Counted from the stretch's first letter, positions 10,428 through 20,514 are shown. The stretch: DNA of 64,000 nucleotides from an uncultured Gammaproteobacteria bacterium (GCA_963748215.1 CAVVHS010000007.1:192001-256000), one strand, 5' to 3'. The notes: generated by a model from the sequence alone, not told the origin. Program-made: numbers and translations.

Positions 10428-10716
10428 GCAGGGTGTGTTCCGCGCACCGGGAAGGGTGCATGGAATCAGATGAAGTGAAACGTGATGATCGTGAAAAGAA
10501 GAATGGCGACGGAAGCACACGGAAAAACAGATGATGCAGGGTGCGTTTTACGCAGCGGGGAACGGTGCACGGAGTGCACCCTACAACCGAATCAGAGGAA
10601 GTGAAACGTAAGACGTAATTCGTGAAAAGAATAATGGCCACGGAAGCACGCGGAAAAACATAGGATGTAGGGTGCGTTTTACGCACCGTGGAACGGTGCA
10701 CGGAGTGCACCCTACA
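10428..10716. repeat. Composite REP cluster
   Basis: REP doublets, GTGAAAC/GTAAGAC heptamers, CACGGAA repeats. Confidence 0.85.
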
Positions 10717-10725
10717 ACAGACCAC

Positions 10726-11229
10726 TCACAACCCGACCCCCACACCCACACCGAAGATGACGCGGGTGCGGTCGCGGGCGCTGTCGCGGGGCCACAGGTA
10801 GAGCTGCCCGGCATTGATGACCGGGTAGGCATAGTCCGTATCGCCGACCCGTCCGGCGCGCGTGCCGGTCACCGTCCCGGTCACACTGACCAGCCGGCCC
10901 TCGGCATAGCTGGCGGGTTCCAGGTAGCCGTCCTGCAGGAGGAGAAAGCGTCCCAGTGGTTCATTGTCGCGCAGCGGCCACTCGTTGCGATCGAGCGGGT
11001 AGGCCAGCACCTCGATCTGCGTGCGGTCCTGCAGGTTGGTGGTGGTCAGGATGACACCACCCCACAGCACTGTCTGCCCCATGGCCGTCTGCGGCTCCGC
11101 AGCGACGCCGCGCGGTGTCAGCGCGCGGTCGACCCCGGCGGTCTGGAAGGTGGGGCCGCTGGCGCAGGCACTCAGCAGCAGGAGCGGAATGACGAACAGA
11201 AAGCGACGCATCAGCATGTTGAACTCCAA
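10726..11229 (-). CDS. Slp family lipoprotein
   Basis: Lipobox LSAC; VLWGG, EVLAYPL, GRFL, YLEP, YPVI, LYLWP; ends with a GVGVGL beta motif. Confidence 0.9.
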   Translation of the reverse strand: MEFNMLMRRFLFVIPLLLLSACASGPTFQTAGVDRALTPRGVAAEPQTAMGQTVLWGGVILTTTNLQDRTQIEVLAYPLDRNEWPLRDNEPLGRFLLLQDGYLEPASYAEGRLVSVTGTVTGTRAGRVGDTDYAYPVINAGQLYLWPRDSARDRTRVIFGVGVGVGL

Positions 11230-11805
11230 TCAACGCCAGTAGCGGTAGGGGTAGGCATAGGGATAGCCGCGGTAATACCACGGACTGTACCAGCGATCGT
11301 ACCACCAGGGGTCGTACCAGGGATCATCGTAGTAGTGATAGGCATCGGTTTCCCTGGGCCACAGGTACCAGGCCTGCGCCTCGATGACTGGATAGCGATA
11401 GGCGTGTTCACCCACCTTGCCGGTCTCGCTGCCCTGCAACGTGCCGGTGACGGTGACCCGCCGGTCGGGGGCATACACCTTCGGATCCAGGAACCCGGGC
11501 ACGATGGCGATGAAGCGCCCGCTGCTGTCATCGGTGATACGGGGCTCGCCGTCACTGAACAGCGGCCGACCCAGCACCGTCAGCCGGGTGGCCTCCTTGC
11601 TGTTGTCGGTTTTGATGATCGTGCCACCCCAGCGCAGTTGCTGACCCTGGTAGATGTCGACCTGCTCGCTCACCGCCGTCGGCGCCGGGCTGTTGGCCGG
11701 CCCTTCACGGATCGGCTGGGGAATCTGCGAGGCGCACGCGCTCAGCAGCAGGGTGGCGAGCAGCGCAGTCAGGGCGGGCAGGGAGGCGTATCGGTGCATG
11801 GTCAT
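11230..11805 (-). CDS. Slp family lipoprotein (paralog of 1401-2450)
   Basis: Lipobox LSAC; LRWGG, GRFIA, FLDPKVY, YPVI, WYLWP; Tyr/Trp-rich tail. Confidence 0.9.
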   Translation of the reverse strand: MTMHRYASLPALTALLATLLLSACASQIPQPIREGPANSPAPTAVSEQVDIYQGQQLRWGGTIIKTDNSKEATRLTVLGRPLFSDGEPRITDDSSGRFIAIVPGFLDPKVYAPDRRVTVTGTLQGSETGKVGEHAYRYPVIEAQAWYLWPRETDAYHYYDDPWYDPWWYDRWYSPWYYRGYPYAYPYRYWR

Positions 11806-11829
11806 TAATCCCGAAAAGGTCATTAAACA

Positions 11830-11856
11830 TTAGACAGCCATATACCTGTGAGTTGC
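11830..11856 (-). promoter_or_regulatory. Putative ECF (sigmaE-like) promoter upstream of the slp pair
   Basis: Minus strand GCAACT-N16-TCTAA, matching 2474-2501. Confidence 0.5.
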
Positions 11857-12006
11857 ATGGTCGCGCCAGTATTGGGCCAGGGAACGGTTGCCTGATTCGT
11901 CAGTGCAAGGATAGCAGTATCGAAGTGAATTATAAGCGACTGATTTCACAGTGGTAGTTTAATTCGTGGACCGCGTCCGCTCCAAGTTGGGTGGAGCTAG
12001 TGGGGT

Positions 12007-12690
12007 GTAGGAGCGCTTCTCAAGCGCGATTTTTTGGACGTAACAGGATCGCGGACGCGGTCCGTGAATAAACCGACCACCGCATTCGCGCATGAGATGC
12101 GCTCCTACAAAACAGGTGGGCCGGTTGATGCAGGGTGCGTTTTACGCACCGTGAACGGTGCACGAGGTGCACCCTACACCGTCTATTGGGGTAGGAGCGC
12201 ATCTCATGCGCGATGATAATGGCCACGGAACCACACGGAAGAACACGGAATAACAGATTATTGCAGGATGAGATGCAGGGTGCGTTTTACGCATCGTGAA
12301 CGGAAATGTAGGGTGCGTTTTACGCACCATGAACGGTGCACGAAGTGCACCCTACAACTGAATCAGAGGAAGTCCGTAGGGTGCGTTTTACGCACCGTGA
12401 ACGGTGCACGAAGTGCACCCTGCAATTGAATCAGAGGAAGTCCGTAGGGTGCGTTCTACGCACCATGAACGGTGCACGAGGTGCACCCTGCAATTGAATC
12501 AGAGGAAGTCCGTAGGGTGCGTTTTACGCACCATGAACGGTGCACGGAGTGCGCCCTGCAATGAATCACAGGAAGTGAAACGTGATTCGAAAAAGAACAA
12601 TGGCCACGGAACCACACGGAATAACAGATTATTGCAGGATGGATGTAGGGTGCGTTCTACGCACTGGCAACGGTGTATGAACTGCTCCGT
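12007..12690. repeat. Large REP cluster including a BIME-like 68-bp x4 tandem array (12308-12560)
   Basis: GTAGGGTGCG starts at 12308, 12376, 12444 and 12512; GTAGGAGCG-type REPs and CACGGAA modules flank it. Confidence 0.9.
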
Positions 12691-12739
12691 ATAACCACTA
12701 CGGCTGGATACATGCTGAAGGGAAACGAACCCCGCTCGC

Positions 12740-14137
12740 TTACCGTTTCCAGCCGCCTTTCCACCGGCGGGCCCTGATGTCCACCTGTGCCGATGCGGTC
12801 AGGCCCTGATCATCGGTCACGGTCAGCATGGCGATGTAGCTGCCGGGCTCGGTATAGACATGCGACGGATTCGCTTCACTGGCGAGCAGGCTGCCGTCAC
12901 CGAAATCCCAGCTATAGGCGGCAATGGAACCGTCGGGATCCTGTGATCCCGACGAGCTGAAATTCACCGTCAGCGCCACCCGGCCTCTGGTCACATCGGC
13001 ACTGGCCATGGCCAGCGGTGGCTCGGCCTGGGCCGTGGGCGGGACCGGTGTCGGGGAGGGTGGCTGTGCCAGGCTCGCCGTCAACAGGAAGCCGTGTACC
13101 TGCCCGTCCACCAGACCGGTGCCGACGACGCCGCCATCCTCGTTGATCGCGGTGGCGGCGGTCAGAATCCAGCCGGACCCGGGCGTGATCAGGTCGTTCA
13201 GGTCGGTCATCGTGCCGTTTTCCCAGAGGAAGGCATGATGCTGCGTCGGGTCGTTGAGGCTGGTGGGCTGCGTCACCAGCCATGAGGTACCGACGACCTG
13301 GTTGAGCTCATTGATATCCGCGGCGCTGCTGGTCAGTCCCCCGTTCAGTGTGCCCAGGTCCTGCAGGCTGGTTGCGTTGTAATCGTAAACGAAGGCATGC
13401 GCATACTGGCCGGCGCTCGAGTTGCTGCCGGTATCACCGACGATCACGTTCTGGTTGTTGATGGCCGCGGCGCTGCCGCCGTTGGGGATCGACAGGTAGG
13501 TCACACCGGCGAACGCGGGGGTCGTCAGGATGGCAGAGGAACCGGCCAGGCCGAAGCGGCTCCGGTTCCCCACGGCAAAGCCGCTGTCGTTGATATCGCG
13601 GAGCGTGTACAGGTCGGCATACACACCCTGACGGGAGCCGCGCGGGTACACGGTCGCGAGGCCGAGGTCAGCCCACTGGTCGGGCGTGTAGATGGCCGGG
13701 TCCAGCGGCAACGGCCTGGCCCGGTATGGATTGATAAGCTCATGGTTGCCCGCGATCTGGCCGGCCTCGTTGATAGCGTAGCCACCATAACCGTCCCATT
13801 CCTGCAGGGTGCCGTCGAACAGAAAGGCGCCGGTCAGTGTCGTGCCGGTGACCTGGTTGGCTTCGTTGACCGCATGGGCTGCCGTGGCGCCGGGGATGTC
13901 CTCGAGCTGTCCACCGGACAGCCAGCGAAAGGCGATGCTGCCGGTGGCCGTCCTGCGTGAGCCGACGATCGTGCCCTGGTTGTTGATGTCGGCGGGTGCT
14001 ACATCGACACCGAGATCGATCAGTTCATAGGGGGCGGCAAACACCGGGAGCGCGACAAGAGGTCCTGTCAGGAGCGCCAGTAATAGAGCGCTCGACCAGC
14101 GCCCCCGGTGTTGCCGAAAACGGTTTAGGTTGTTCAT
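12740..14137 (-). CDS. Secreted HAF-repeat (DUF3466-like) protein with C-terminal PKD domain
   Basis: Signal peptide; repeated A..INxxGQ/IVG and HAF motifs (HAFVY, DLGTL, HAFLW); Pro linker; PKD motifs DPDG, YSWDFGDG, HVY, LTVTDD. Confidence 0.88.
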   Translation of the reverse strand: MNNLNRFRQHRGRWSSALLLALLTGPLVALPVFAAPYELIDLGVDVAPADINNQGTIVGSRRTATGSIAFRWLSGGQLEDIPGATAAHAVNEANQVTGTTLTGAFLFDGTLQEWDGYGGYAINEAGQIAGNHELINPYRARPLPLDPAIYTPDQWADLGLATVYPRGSRQGVYADLYTLRDINDSGFAVGNRSRFGLAGSSAILTTPAFAGVTYLSIPNGGSAAAINNQNVIVGDTGSNSSAGQYAHAFVYDYNATSLQDLGTLNGGLTSSAADINELNQVVGTSWLVTQPTSLNDPTQHHAFLWENGTMTDLNDLITPGSGWILTAATAINEDGGVVGTGLVDGQVHGFLLTASLAQPPSPTPVPPTAQAEPPLAMASADVTRGRVALTVNFSSSGSQDPDGSIAAYSWDFGDGSLLASEANPSHVYTEPGSYIAMLTVTDDQGLTASAQVDIRARRWKGGWKR

Positions 14138-14587
14138 TTTTCATTTACCTCGTGCTGCATGGACCGCTGCAAAAGACTCCTCCGTTTGCCTGGCGGTAAT
14201 CAGGATGCCGGGCGCTGCGTGCAGCCCTGGTGTGGCCGCTACCCGCGTACTGATGGGGATCGACTCTACTGCCAGCCGCGCCGCAGGATTCGGGATGCCT
14301 ATCCCAGTCCTGACATCACCTGCCTATCAAGCAAGCATCGGGCCAAGAGGGATAAGCGATTGATTTATGTCAATTATGAATATTCCGTATGGAAAACAGC
14401 GTGTTCAGAACAGGCCAAACCGTCTCCGGCCAACGACAGTCCGGAGGGTGCAAAGGGCAAGTGCCTGTATGACTGACAGATCTGTCATCGCCAGATAGCG
14501 ACAGTCTGGCCCGCTTCGAGGCAACCCGCGTCCCGTCAGTCAGCAGGGCATAGGGGCCAGGTAACAACCGCGTTATAAAAGCGACAT

Positions 14588-14780
14588 GCAGGGTGCGTTT
14601 CACCCACCGAAACGATCGATGCAGGGCGCGATTCACGCACCGGGCATCCTATCGATGTAGGGTGCGTTTTACGCACCATGAACGGTGCACGAAGTGCACC
14701 CTACAAATGAAACACCACCGGGCATCCTATCGATGCAGGGTGCGTTTTACGCACCGGGAGGAGTGCGCGCAACCCACCCT
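14588..14780. repeat. REP cluster
   Basis: Several G(C/T)AGGGTGCG...CGCACC palindromes. Confidence 0.8.
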
Positions 14781-14965
14781 GACTAATCCAAATATACTAA
14801 TTCCCCCAACAAATGAGCGTGTTAACATGCCCTTGATTCGAGAGACGGGCTGCCCCGCAGACAGCGGAGCGGCTCTGCCGCCACGGACCAACTATTGCCG
14901 TAGGAGCGCTTCCCAAGCGCGATTTAATACCGAAAACAAACCACCAGGACCCAAACCCTCACCCC

Positions 14966-15325
14966 GTGAAATCACTCGACCAGATCAAACACACCCTCCG
15001 CGACTTCGCCGCCGAGCGCGACTGGGACCAGTTCCACTCCCCGAAAAACCTCGCCATGGCGCTCATCGTCGAGGCCGCCGAACTCGTCGAACACTTCCAG
15101 TGGCTGACCGAAGAACAAAGCCAGACCCTGCCACCCGACAAACTCACCGAGGTGGAACAGGAACTCGCCGACATCCAGATCTATCTCATCCGTCTCGCCG
15201 ACAAACTCGGCATCGACATGGAAAAGGCGGTGAATGCCAAGATCGAACTGAACGCGAAAAAGTACCCGGCAGACAAGGTGCGCGGCAAGGCGGCGAAGTA
15301 CAACGATTGTGATGATGGGTGCTAG
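14966..15325 (+). CDS. MazG-like nucleotide pyrophosphohydrolase (dCTP pyrophosphatase-like)
   Basis: FAAERDWDQFHSPKNLAMAL..EAAEL.EHFQW, ELADI.IYL, K...N..KYP. Confidence 0.92.
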   Translation: MKSLDQIKHTLRDFAAERDWDQFHSPKNLAMALIVEAAELVEHFQWLTEEQSQTLPPDKLTEVEQELADIQIYLIRLADKLGIDMEKAVNAKIELNAKKYPADKVRGKAAKYNDCDDGC

Positions 15326-15332
15326 TGACAAA

Positions 15333-15459
15333 CGTAGGGTGCGTTCCACGCACCGGCAAATGTGTATTTCACGCACCAACAACGAACCAGGAAAAGACGT
15401 AGGGTGCGTTCCACGCACCAGCAACGAACAGGGAAACCGTAGGGTGCGTTCCACGCACC
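15333..15459. repeat. Three direct copies of REP CGTAGGGTGCGTTCCACGCACC
   Basis: Identical 22-mers separated by short, partly related spacers. Confidence 0.85.
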
Positions 15460-15542
15460 GGCAAGCGCTGAAGCGATTTGAGCACTCACTTGGCCTGCTC
15501 AAGTGATTGGCTTAATGGCAAGAAAGATAGGTCGGAGGATGT

Positions 15543-16136
15543 ATGTTGCGAAAAGAAGAACCATTTTCTGGCACCCCGGAAACAAAGTGGTTGTCAGATG
15601 ATAAAAAACCGGACAGGGAAATGCAGTTGCTGCAGGATTTTCAATACACAGACCCAGATAATAAGAACTGGTCTGCCAAGGCAGGGGACATCATAGATGG
15701 AGCATCCATACCACGTTTTCTCTGGACGTTGGTAGGAAGTCCCTATACGCGTGATTACAGGCGCGCTTCTATCGTGCATGATATTGCAGTACGCGGTCTC
15801 GGGAATACGCATGAGAGAAAACTGGTGGATAAGATGTTTTATCACGCATGCAGGGATGGAGGCTGCTCTGTATTTGAGTCGTGGATGCTATATCTAGGCG
15901 TACGCATTGGGTCATGGCTAAGCGAAGAAGATAAAGTGAATTATGATGAATTTGAGTGCCTGTCACGTGATCCAGGAAAGTTAGATAACATTTCAAAAGG
16001 CATGAAAGCCAAATTCAACGAGATGGTCGAGAAGTTGCGTCTATATGTAGATGAGACTTCTTTTGACGTCATTGACCGGGAAATCGATAAGATGCGCGAT
16101 GAGCTTGTAGAGAGTGGAACGTTACGCGCTCGATAA
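15543..16136 (+). CDS. DUF1353-like protein
   Basis: DGASIPRFLW...G.PY...ASIVHD, D.MFY, Y.GVR motifs; lower GC; GGAGG RBS. Confidence 0.8.
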   Translation: MLRKEEPFSGTPETKWLSDDKKPDREMQLLQDFQYTDPDNKNWSAKAGDIIDGASIPRFLWTLVGSPYTRDYRRASIVHDIAVRGLGNTHERKLVDKMFYHACRDGGCSVFESWMLYLGVRIGSWLSEEDKVNYDEFECLSRDPGKLDNISKGMKAKFNEMVEKLRLYVDETSFDVIDREIDKMRDELVESGTLRAR

Positions 16137-16298
16137 CCAGATAATTGATATAGGAAAAACTGCACCAAAGAACAATGTGTGGATGGTGCGATCTGCATCT
16201 GGCGGCCGCCTGGTGGGGATGGCGGTTGAATGCGTTTTGTGTTCTGCATCGGACATCTCTCGGTACAGTGAGGCATTCTTGCGCGAGTAGGGGAAAGG

Positions 16299-17006
16299 GT
16301 GACATACAACGATTGGCTCATCGAGATCGGTAAATCCAATAGGACAGCGAATAGTTATTCGGGTGCGATTGCCGGATCGATATCGGCTTGGGCTAGGGAA
16401 GCCGGCCTTTGTACGAAAAACCTAGATGATGTTTCATCCGTGGATGAGCTGCGCACGATCGCAGAAGGCCTAAAAGAGTTCGCGACTTTCAAAGAACAAA
16501 ACAAGCGCGGCAATTCCATGTATAGCAGCGCGTTGAAGGCCTACATAGAATATCGCAAACGTGAAGCTCCGGAGGAATTCGAGGCTGATGTTAATGACAT
16601 CATGTCGGATAACCAGATCGCCAAAACCGAAAAAGCGACATATATCAGCGCGCGTGTCGGGCAAGGCAAGTATCGTAGTGACTTGATCGGTTATTGGGAG
16701 AAGTGCGCGTTAACCGGTTTTGCCGATACTCGATTCCTGGTCGCTTCGCATATCAAGCCATGGCGTAAATCCAGCAACAGGGAGCGGCTGGACCCGTATA
16801 ATGGTCTGTTGCTGCTACCGAATCTCGACAAGGCTTTCGATCTCGGTTTTATAACCTTCGCAAGCGGTGGTCACATAATCGTTTCCAACCGTCTCGAAGA
16901 TGAAAGCAAGCTGGGTGTTTCTCGTGACATGCACTTGAGCCTCGAAGACTGTCATCAGGAGTACATGGAATTCCACCGAGATGTTGTCTTCGAGCGGCTT
17001 GTTTAA
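16299..17006 (+). CDS. HNH endonuclease (putative restriction/anti-phage nuclease)
   Basis: ARVGQG.YR, CALTG, LVASHIKPW, RLDPYNGLLL, DKAFDLGFITF, FHR. Confidence 0.9.
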   Translation: MTYNDWLIEIGKSNRTANSYSGAIAGSISAWAREAGLCTKNLDDVSSVDELRTIAEGLKEFATFKEQNKRGNSMYSSALKAYIEYRKREAPEEFEADVNDIMSDNQIAKTEKATYISARVGQGKYRSDLIGYWEKCALTGFADTRFLVASHIKPWRKSSNRERLDPYNGLLLLPNLDKAFDLGFITFASGGHIIVSNRLEDESKLGVSRDMHLSLEDCHQEYMEFHRDVVFERLV

Positions 17007-17127
17007 AAAATAAAGTGACCGGATGCATTTATTGATAATTGATGGGAAATGCCAGTGAGCTGGTTTAATGACGATGGGTGCGTAATTTAGTTGCGCTTCA
17101 GGTACTAGATCAAGGGATGGTTTCAGT

Positions 17128-18039
17128 ATGTCTATATGGACAATCGACTTACTCCTGATGTTGCCAATGCTGTTGTCGCTTGGCGCACTATATTTTTGGA
17201 TATACAGAAAGAAACGTGAAGGACGTAAATTCCCGTTTTCCGATACTGTATTGCGTGTGCCGGGCCTGGGTTTGTCGCGCCAGCTCGACGAAATGTCATT
17301 TGATCTGGCAATTTATTTTGGGTTGATACCGCTTGCGCCGATTGTTGTCTACGCAATCTATTTACAACATCTTGTCGTTCATGAGCGCCAGCTTTCGTCC
17401 ATTGTCGCGATATTTCTATTTGTCGCGGCAGTGGCAGTAACTGCGTCTTTTGTGGTTCAGAGCGTCAGGCTTCTGAATCGAAGGTATTATTGCAAGCTGG
17501 GTCATGCGGGTGAAGTGGCTGTGGGTGGGGCGCTTAATGAGTTGATGCTGCAAGGCTATCACGTATTTCACGATATTCAGGGCGACAATGAATTCAATAT
17601 TGACCACCTCGTCGTCGGTCCTGCTGGCGTGTTTGCGGTCGAAACAAAAACCAAAACTAAATTGAAGAAGGGCGCACAAATCAAAGATACGCATAAAGTC
17701 ACCTTCGATGGCGATGCCTTGTATTTTCCGGATAATCCAGACTATCCGCACAAGGATTTTCTAAATCAAGCGGAGCGCGGTGCGAAGTGGATAAGCAAGT
17801 GGTTAACCGCGGCGGTGGGGGAACGCGTTGATGCGCTGCCGGTTCTGGTCATGCCGGGCTGGTTTATCACGATCAAGAAGCCAGGGCGAGTTATAGTATT
17901 GAATCATAAACAGTTACACGAGCTTCCCAAGGTAAGGAAACAGCCGCTAGACAAGGCAGCAATCACGCGGATCACATATCAGATCAAGCAGAAATGCCAG
18001 CATGACACCCTGGTCCCCGGGGTATTGGCTGCCAAATAA
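17128..18039 (+). CDS. Membrane-anchored NERD (nuclease-related domain) protein
   Basis: Three N-terminal TM segments, then G..GE, FHDI, NIDHLVVGPAGVFAVETK, Q motif. Confidence 0.88.
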   Translation: MSIWTIDLLLMLPMLLSLGALYFWIYRKKREGRKFPFSDTVLRVPGLGLSRQLDEMSFDLAIYFGLIPLAPIVVYAIYLQHLVVHERQLSSIVAIFLFVAAVAVTASFVVQSVRLLNRRYYCKLGHAGEVAVGGALNELMLQGYHVFHDIQGDNEFNIDHLVVGPAGVFAVETKTKTKLKKGAQIKDTHKVTFDGDALYFPDNPDYPHKDFLNQAERGAKWISKWLTAAVGERVDALPVLVMPGWFITIKKPGRVIVLNHKQLHELPKVRKQPLDKAAITRITYQIKQKCQHDTLVPGVLAAK

Positions 18040-18071
18040 ACTGCAAGCATCAGCAAAATAAATGAATAAAT

Positions 18072-18170
18072 GCGGTCAGACCCCGGTTTTCACTAAAGAT
18101 AAATGGGGTCAGAGCACAATTATTCATAAAATTAAGAGTAATCGTGCTCTGACCCCAGTTTCTTGACCCT
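18072..18170. repeat. GGGGTCAGA-type inverted repeat element
   Basis: TGGGGTCAGAGCAC ... GTGCTCTGACCCCA with AT-rich spacer; similar ends near 19220, 19400, 20300, 22005, 24495, 24740, 45110. Confidence 0.75.
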
Positions 18171-18218
18171 GTTATATGCAGGTTAAATGAATTACCGCAC
18201 GAAACTATTACCGTCTAG

Positions 18219-19187
18219 CTACAAACAGGCACTCGCTTCCCCTGATGTGCCGAGCCAGAACCCCAGGTTCTTGTCGAGAAATTCCTCCCAGGGCATGTAA
18301 TGGGAGCCGTCACACGAGAAGGTCAGGCCGATGAGGCCGTTGAAGATGTTCAGCATGCCTGAGCGCAGGTAGATGGTTTCATCCATGAACCTGAGGTCAC
18401 GGAAACAACTCAGGATCCTGGCAACAGCCTCTGCCGGGATGGCGGCATCGGCCGGATAGTCCCGGCGGGGATAGGCCAGGCAGAGATCGGGGTTGGTGAG
18501 CTCATCGATGCCGTGGATGCGGAAGCGATACGGGTCTTCCACCGTCCAGAGGGTGGCGCGGGAACTGGAGAAGTGCAGCTTGGCATGGAAAATTCCGTTG
18601 ACCGTTATCAGTTCTGCCAGCAGGTCCAGTACCTCGTCGATGTGCTCGTCCATCGGGCTGGTCGCCCGCACCTGGTGGAAGAGGCCGGAGCGGATGGCCG
18701 GATCGCCCTTGAGCTGCATCCATTGATCGGGTTGCTGGTACAGGGCCTGCGTGGCGGGCAGTTCACGCAGGTCGAAGTCCGCCCCGAGATAGCCGAGCAG
18801 GCGGCCGTCGTCTGCACGGATGAGCTGGACGGCCGTCAGTGAGGGGCGCCGGGCATTGCGACTGATGTAGGCGTCGGAGAGGGAGAAAGGCGCGCCGGCC
18901 AACGCACTGGCAAGATACGGGCGTTCGCTGCGGTCACGGCCGTACTGTGATTCCAGCAGGCCGTCGCGGGACGCATTGGAGGTGATCTGGTGCGCGCGCT
19001 CATCAAGCAGGTAGAGATACTTGCAGTACGGTAGCTCTGCCATGCCCTCCATCAGGCGCGCCTCCAGGGCCTGCCGATCCGGCCAGCGCTGTTTGCAGTC
19101 GTCCGCAATGTTGACCAGCGAGGCTGACAGCCAGCCTTTCAGGATGTCGCGCTGCCGGTCAATGGATTTCTGTAGAGTGCTTTTCAT
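18219..19187 (-). CDS. Soluble PDC/Cache-like sensor domain protein
   Basis: YLYLLD...Q, GRDRSERPY, LSDAYIS, PSLTAV, GYLGADFDL Cache-type motifs; no TM or obvious output domain. Confidence 0.7.
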   Translation of the reverse strand: MKSTLQKSIDRQRDILKGWLSASLVNIADDCKQRWPDRQALEARLMEGMAELPYCKYLYLLDERAHQITSNASRDGLLESQYGRDRSERPYLASALAGAPFSLSDAYISRNARRPSLTAVQLIRADDGRLLGYLGADFDLRELPATQALYQQPDQWMQLKGDPAIRSGLFHQVRATSPMDEHIDEVLDLLAELITVNGIFHAKLHFSSSRATLWTVEDPYRFRIHGIDELTNPDLCLAYPRRDYPADAAIPAEAVARILSCFRDLRFMDETIYLRSGMLNIFNGLIGLTFSCDGSHYMPWEEFLDKNLGFWLGTSGEASACL

Positions 19188-19449
19188 ATGGCTGGCGGAG
19201 ATTATAGCCCAAAGTTAATGGTGTCAGAGCACATTTGACTCTTACATAAGTACAAGGATCTTGCCCTGATTGAGCGGGTAACACATCAATACAGACGAGA
19301 TGCCTTCCTGCTGATGGCAAGGTTGTTGGCCGAATGAATTCGGCCCCGCAACGGGAATCTATCCACTCGATTTGGGGAAGCGCCAGGCAGAAAATGTGCT
19401 CTGACATCATTGTTTCCACTCTGACACCCATTATCTTACGGAGCATGAA

Positions 19450-19797
19450 GTGACCACTGTAGACAAGAATCCGCCGTCCTGTTCACTTCCTGCTGGCCCG
19501 GATCTGTCGAAGCTGGCGGTTGTGGAACTTTCGCCGGTGGAACGGCTGGCGGACTACACGGCGGCCATGAGTCTCGCGAATGCCGAGGCAGAAAAGCGGC
19601 TCGGTGAACACATGCTGTTGTCCTGGTATGACCGCGACAGGGATTTCGAGTCACCGCAGCATGCCAGTGAGTGCCACCTGGACAGTGCCGTACCCGGGTA
19701 TGCGGATTACGGGGTCTACCACGGTGCAACGCTCAAGGTGGATATCGAGCAGGGTCGCTTTGTGTTTTTCTATCTGCCTGTCGAGATGCCGGAATAA
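19450..19797 (+). CDS. AF1514/DUF5619-like small protein
   Basis: MLLSWYDR...ESP...EC, PGY.DYG..HGA.L.VDI..G.FVF motif pattern. Confidence 0.65.
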   Translation: MTTVDKNPPSCSLPAGPDLSKLAVVELSPVERLADYTAAMSLANAEAEKRLGEHMLLSWYDRDRDFESPQHASECHLDSAVPGYADYGVYHGATLKVDIEQGRFVFFYLPVEMPE

Positions 19798-19851
19798 CCG
19801 GCCACTGCCTCCATTTGTCCTGAAAACATCGGTAAACTGACAGCTCTGTCC

Positions 19852-20277
19852 TTGAAGCCGCGGAGAACTGCCTTGTCATCCGACGATGAAACCCGGAGCG
19901 AAGAACCCGTGCCCTCTGCCCTGGTGGCTGCGCATATTGTCTACGGGCTGCATGCGCTTGCTATCGTGCTGGGTATAACCGGGGGCGCAACCGTGATCGG
20001 CGGCTTCGTCGGGAGTGCGCCATCGATCATCGCCGTCATTATCAACTATGTGAAACGCGGTGGTGCGCGCGGCACCTGGGCTGCATCGCACTATCGCTGG
20101 CAAATCCGCACATTCTGGTTTGCATTGCTGTGGCTGATCATTGCCATGCTGTTGATTGTGACCCTGGTCGGCGCCCCGGTTGGGCTGGGCCTGCTGCTCG
20201 CCCTGACTCTCTGGTTGATCTATCGTATTGCCCGCGGCTGGCTGCGGCTGCTCGACAAGCAGCCAATGTATGTTTGA
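19852..20277 (+). CDS. Small membrane protein (DUF4870/COG3671-like)
   Basis: IVYGL, IIAVIINYVKR, SHYRWQIRTFW, IYRIARGWL.L motifs. Confidence 0.8.
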   Translation: MKPRRTALSSDDETRSEEPVPSALVAAHIVYGLHALAIVLGITGGATVIGGFVGSAPSIIAVIINYVKRGGARGTWAASHYRWQIRTFWFALLWLIIAMLLIVTLVGAPVGLGLLLALTLWLIYRIARGWLRLLDKQPMYV

Positions 20278-20514
20278 CAGAGGACAGACTGGATAAATGA
20301 GGTCAGAGCACAATTTCTCTCAGTTAAGTCCATGGATAAACGCATTGCACGAAGCGGTTGATAGTGACAGGACATGAAAGTCATGTACCACTGTACGAAC
20401 AGAACATACCTTCTCCCGGAGGGAGAGGGAGTATGTGGGACACAAGTGGGCCGGGTACGTTTTTCACTACTATAAACGACATATGTGCACTGACTTTATT
20501 CATTCCATACTCCG

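Noticed and set aside
12308-12560. Regular 68-bp array resembling CRISPR
   Set aside because: The would-be spacers are near-identical, the repeat is the dispersed REP doublet, and no cas genes are in the window; this is a BIME-like tandem
14410-14515. GGCCAAACC...GGTGCAAAG segment resembling a c-di-GMP-I riboswitch
   Set aside because: It lacks the GNRA tetraloop and receptor, and lies on the strand opposite the adjacent secreted-protein gene; an Infernal/Rfam search would be needed to revive it
15333-15459. Three identical 22-bp repeats with spacers (mini-CRISPR?)
   Set aside because: The repeat is the REP found throughout the window; spacers are unequal in length and partly related
14966-18039. 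Integron cassette array
   Set aside because: No intI and no convincing attC sites (RYYYAAC...GTTRRRY with internal symmetry) between the genes
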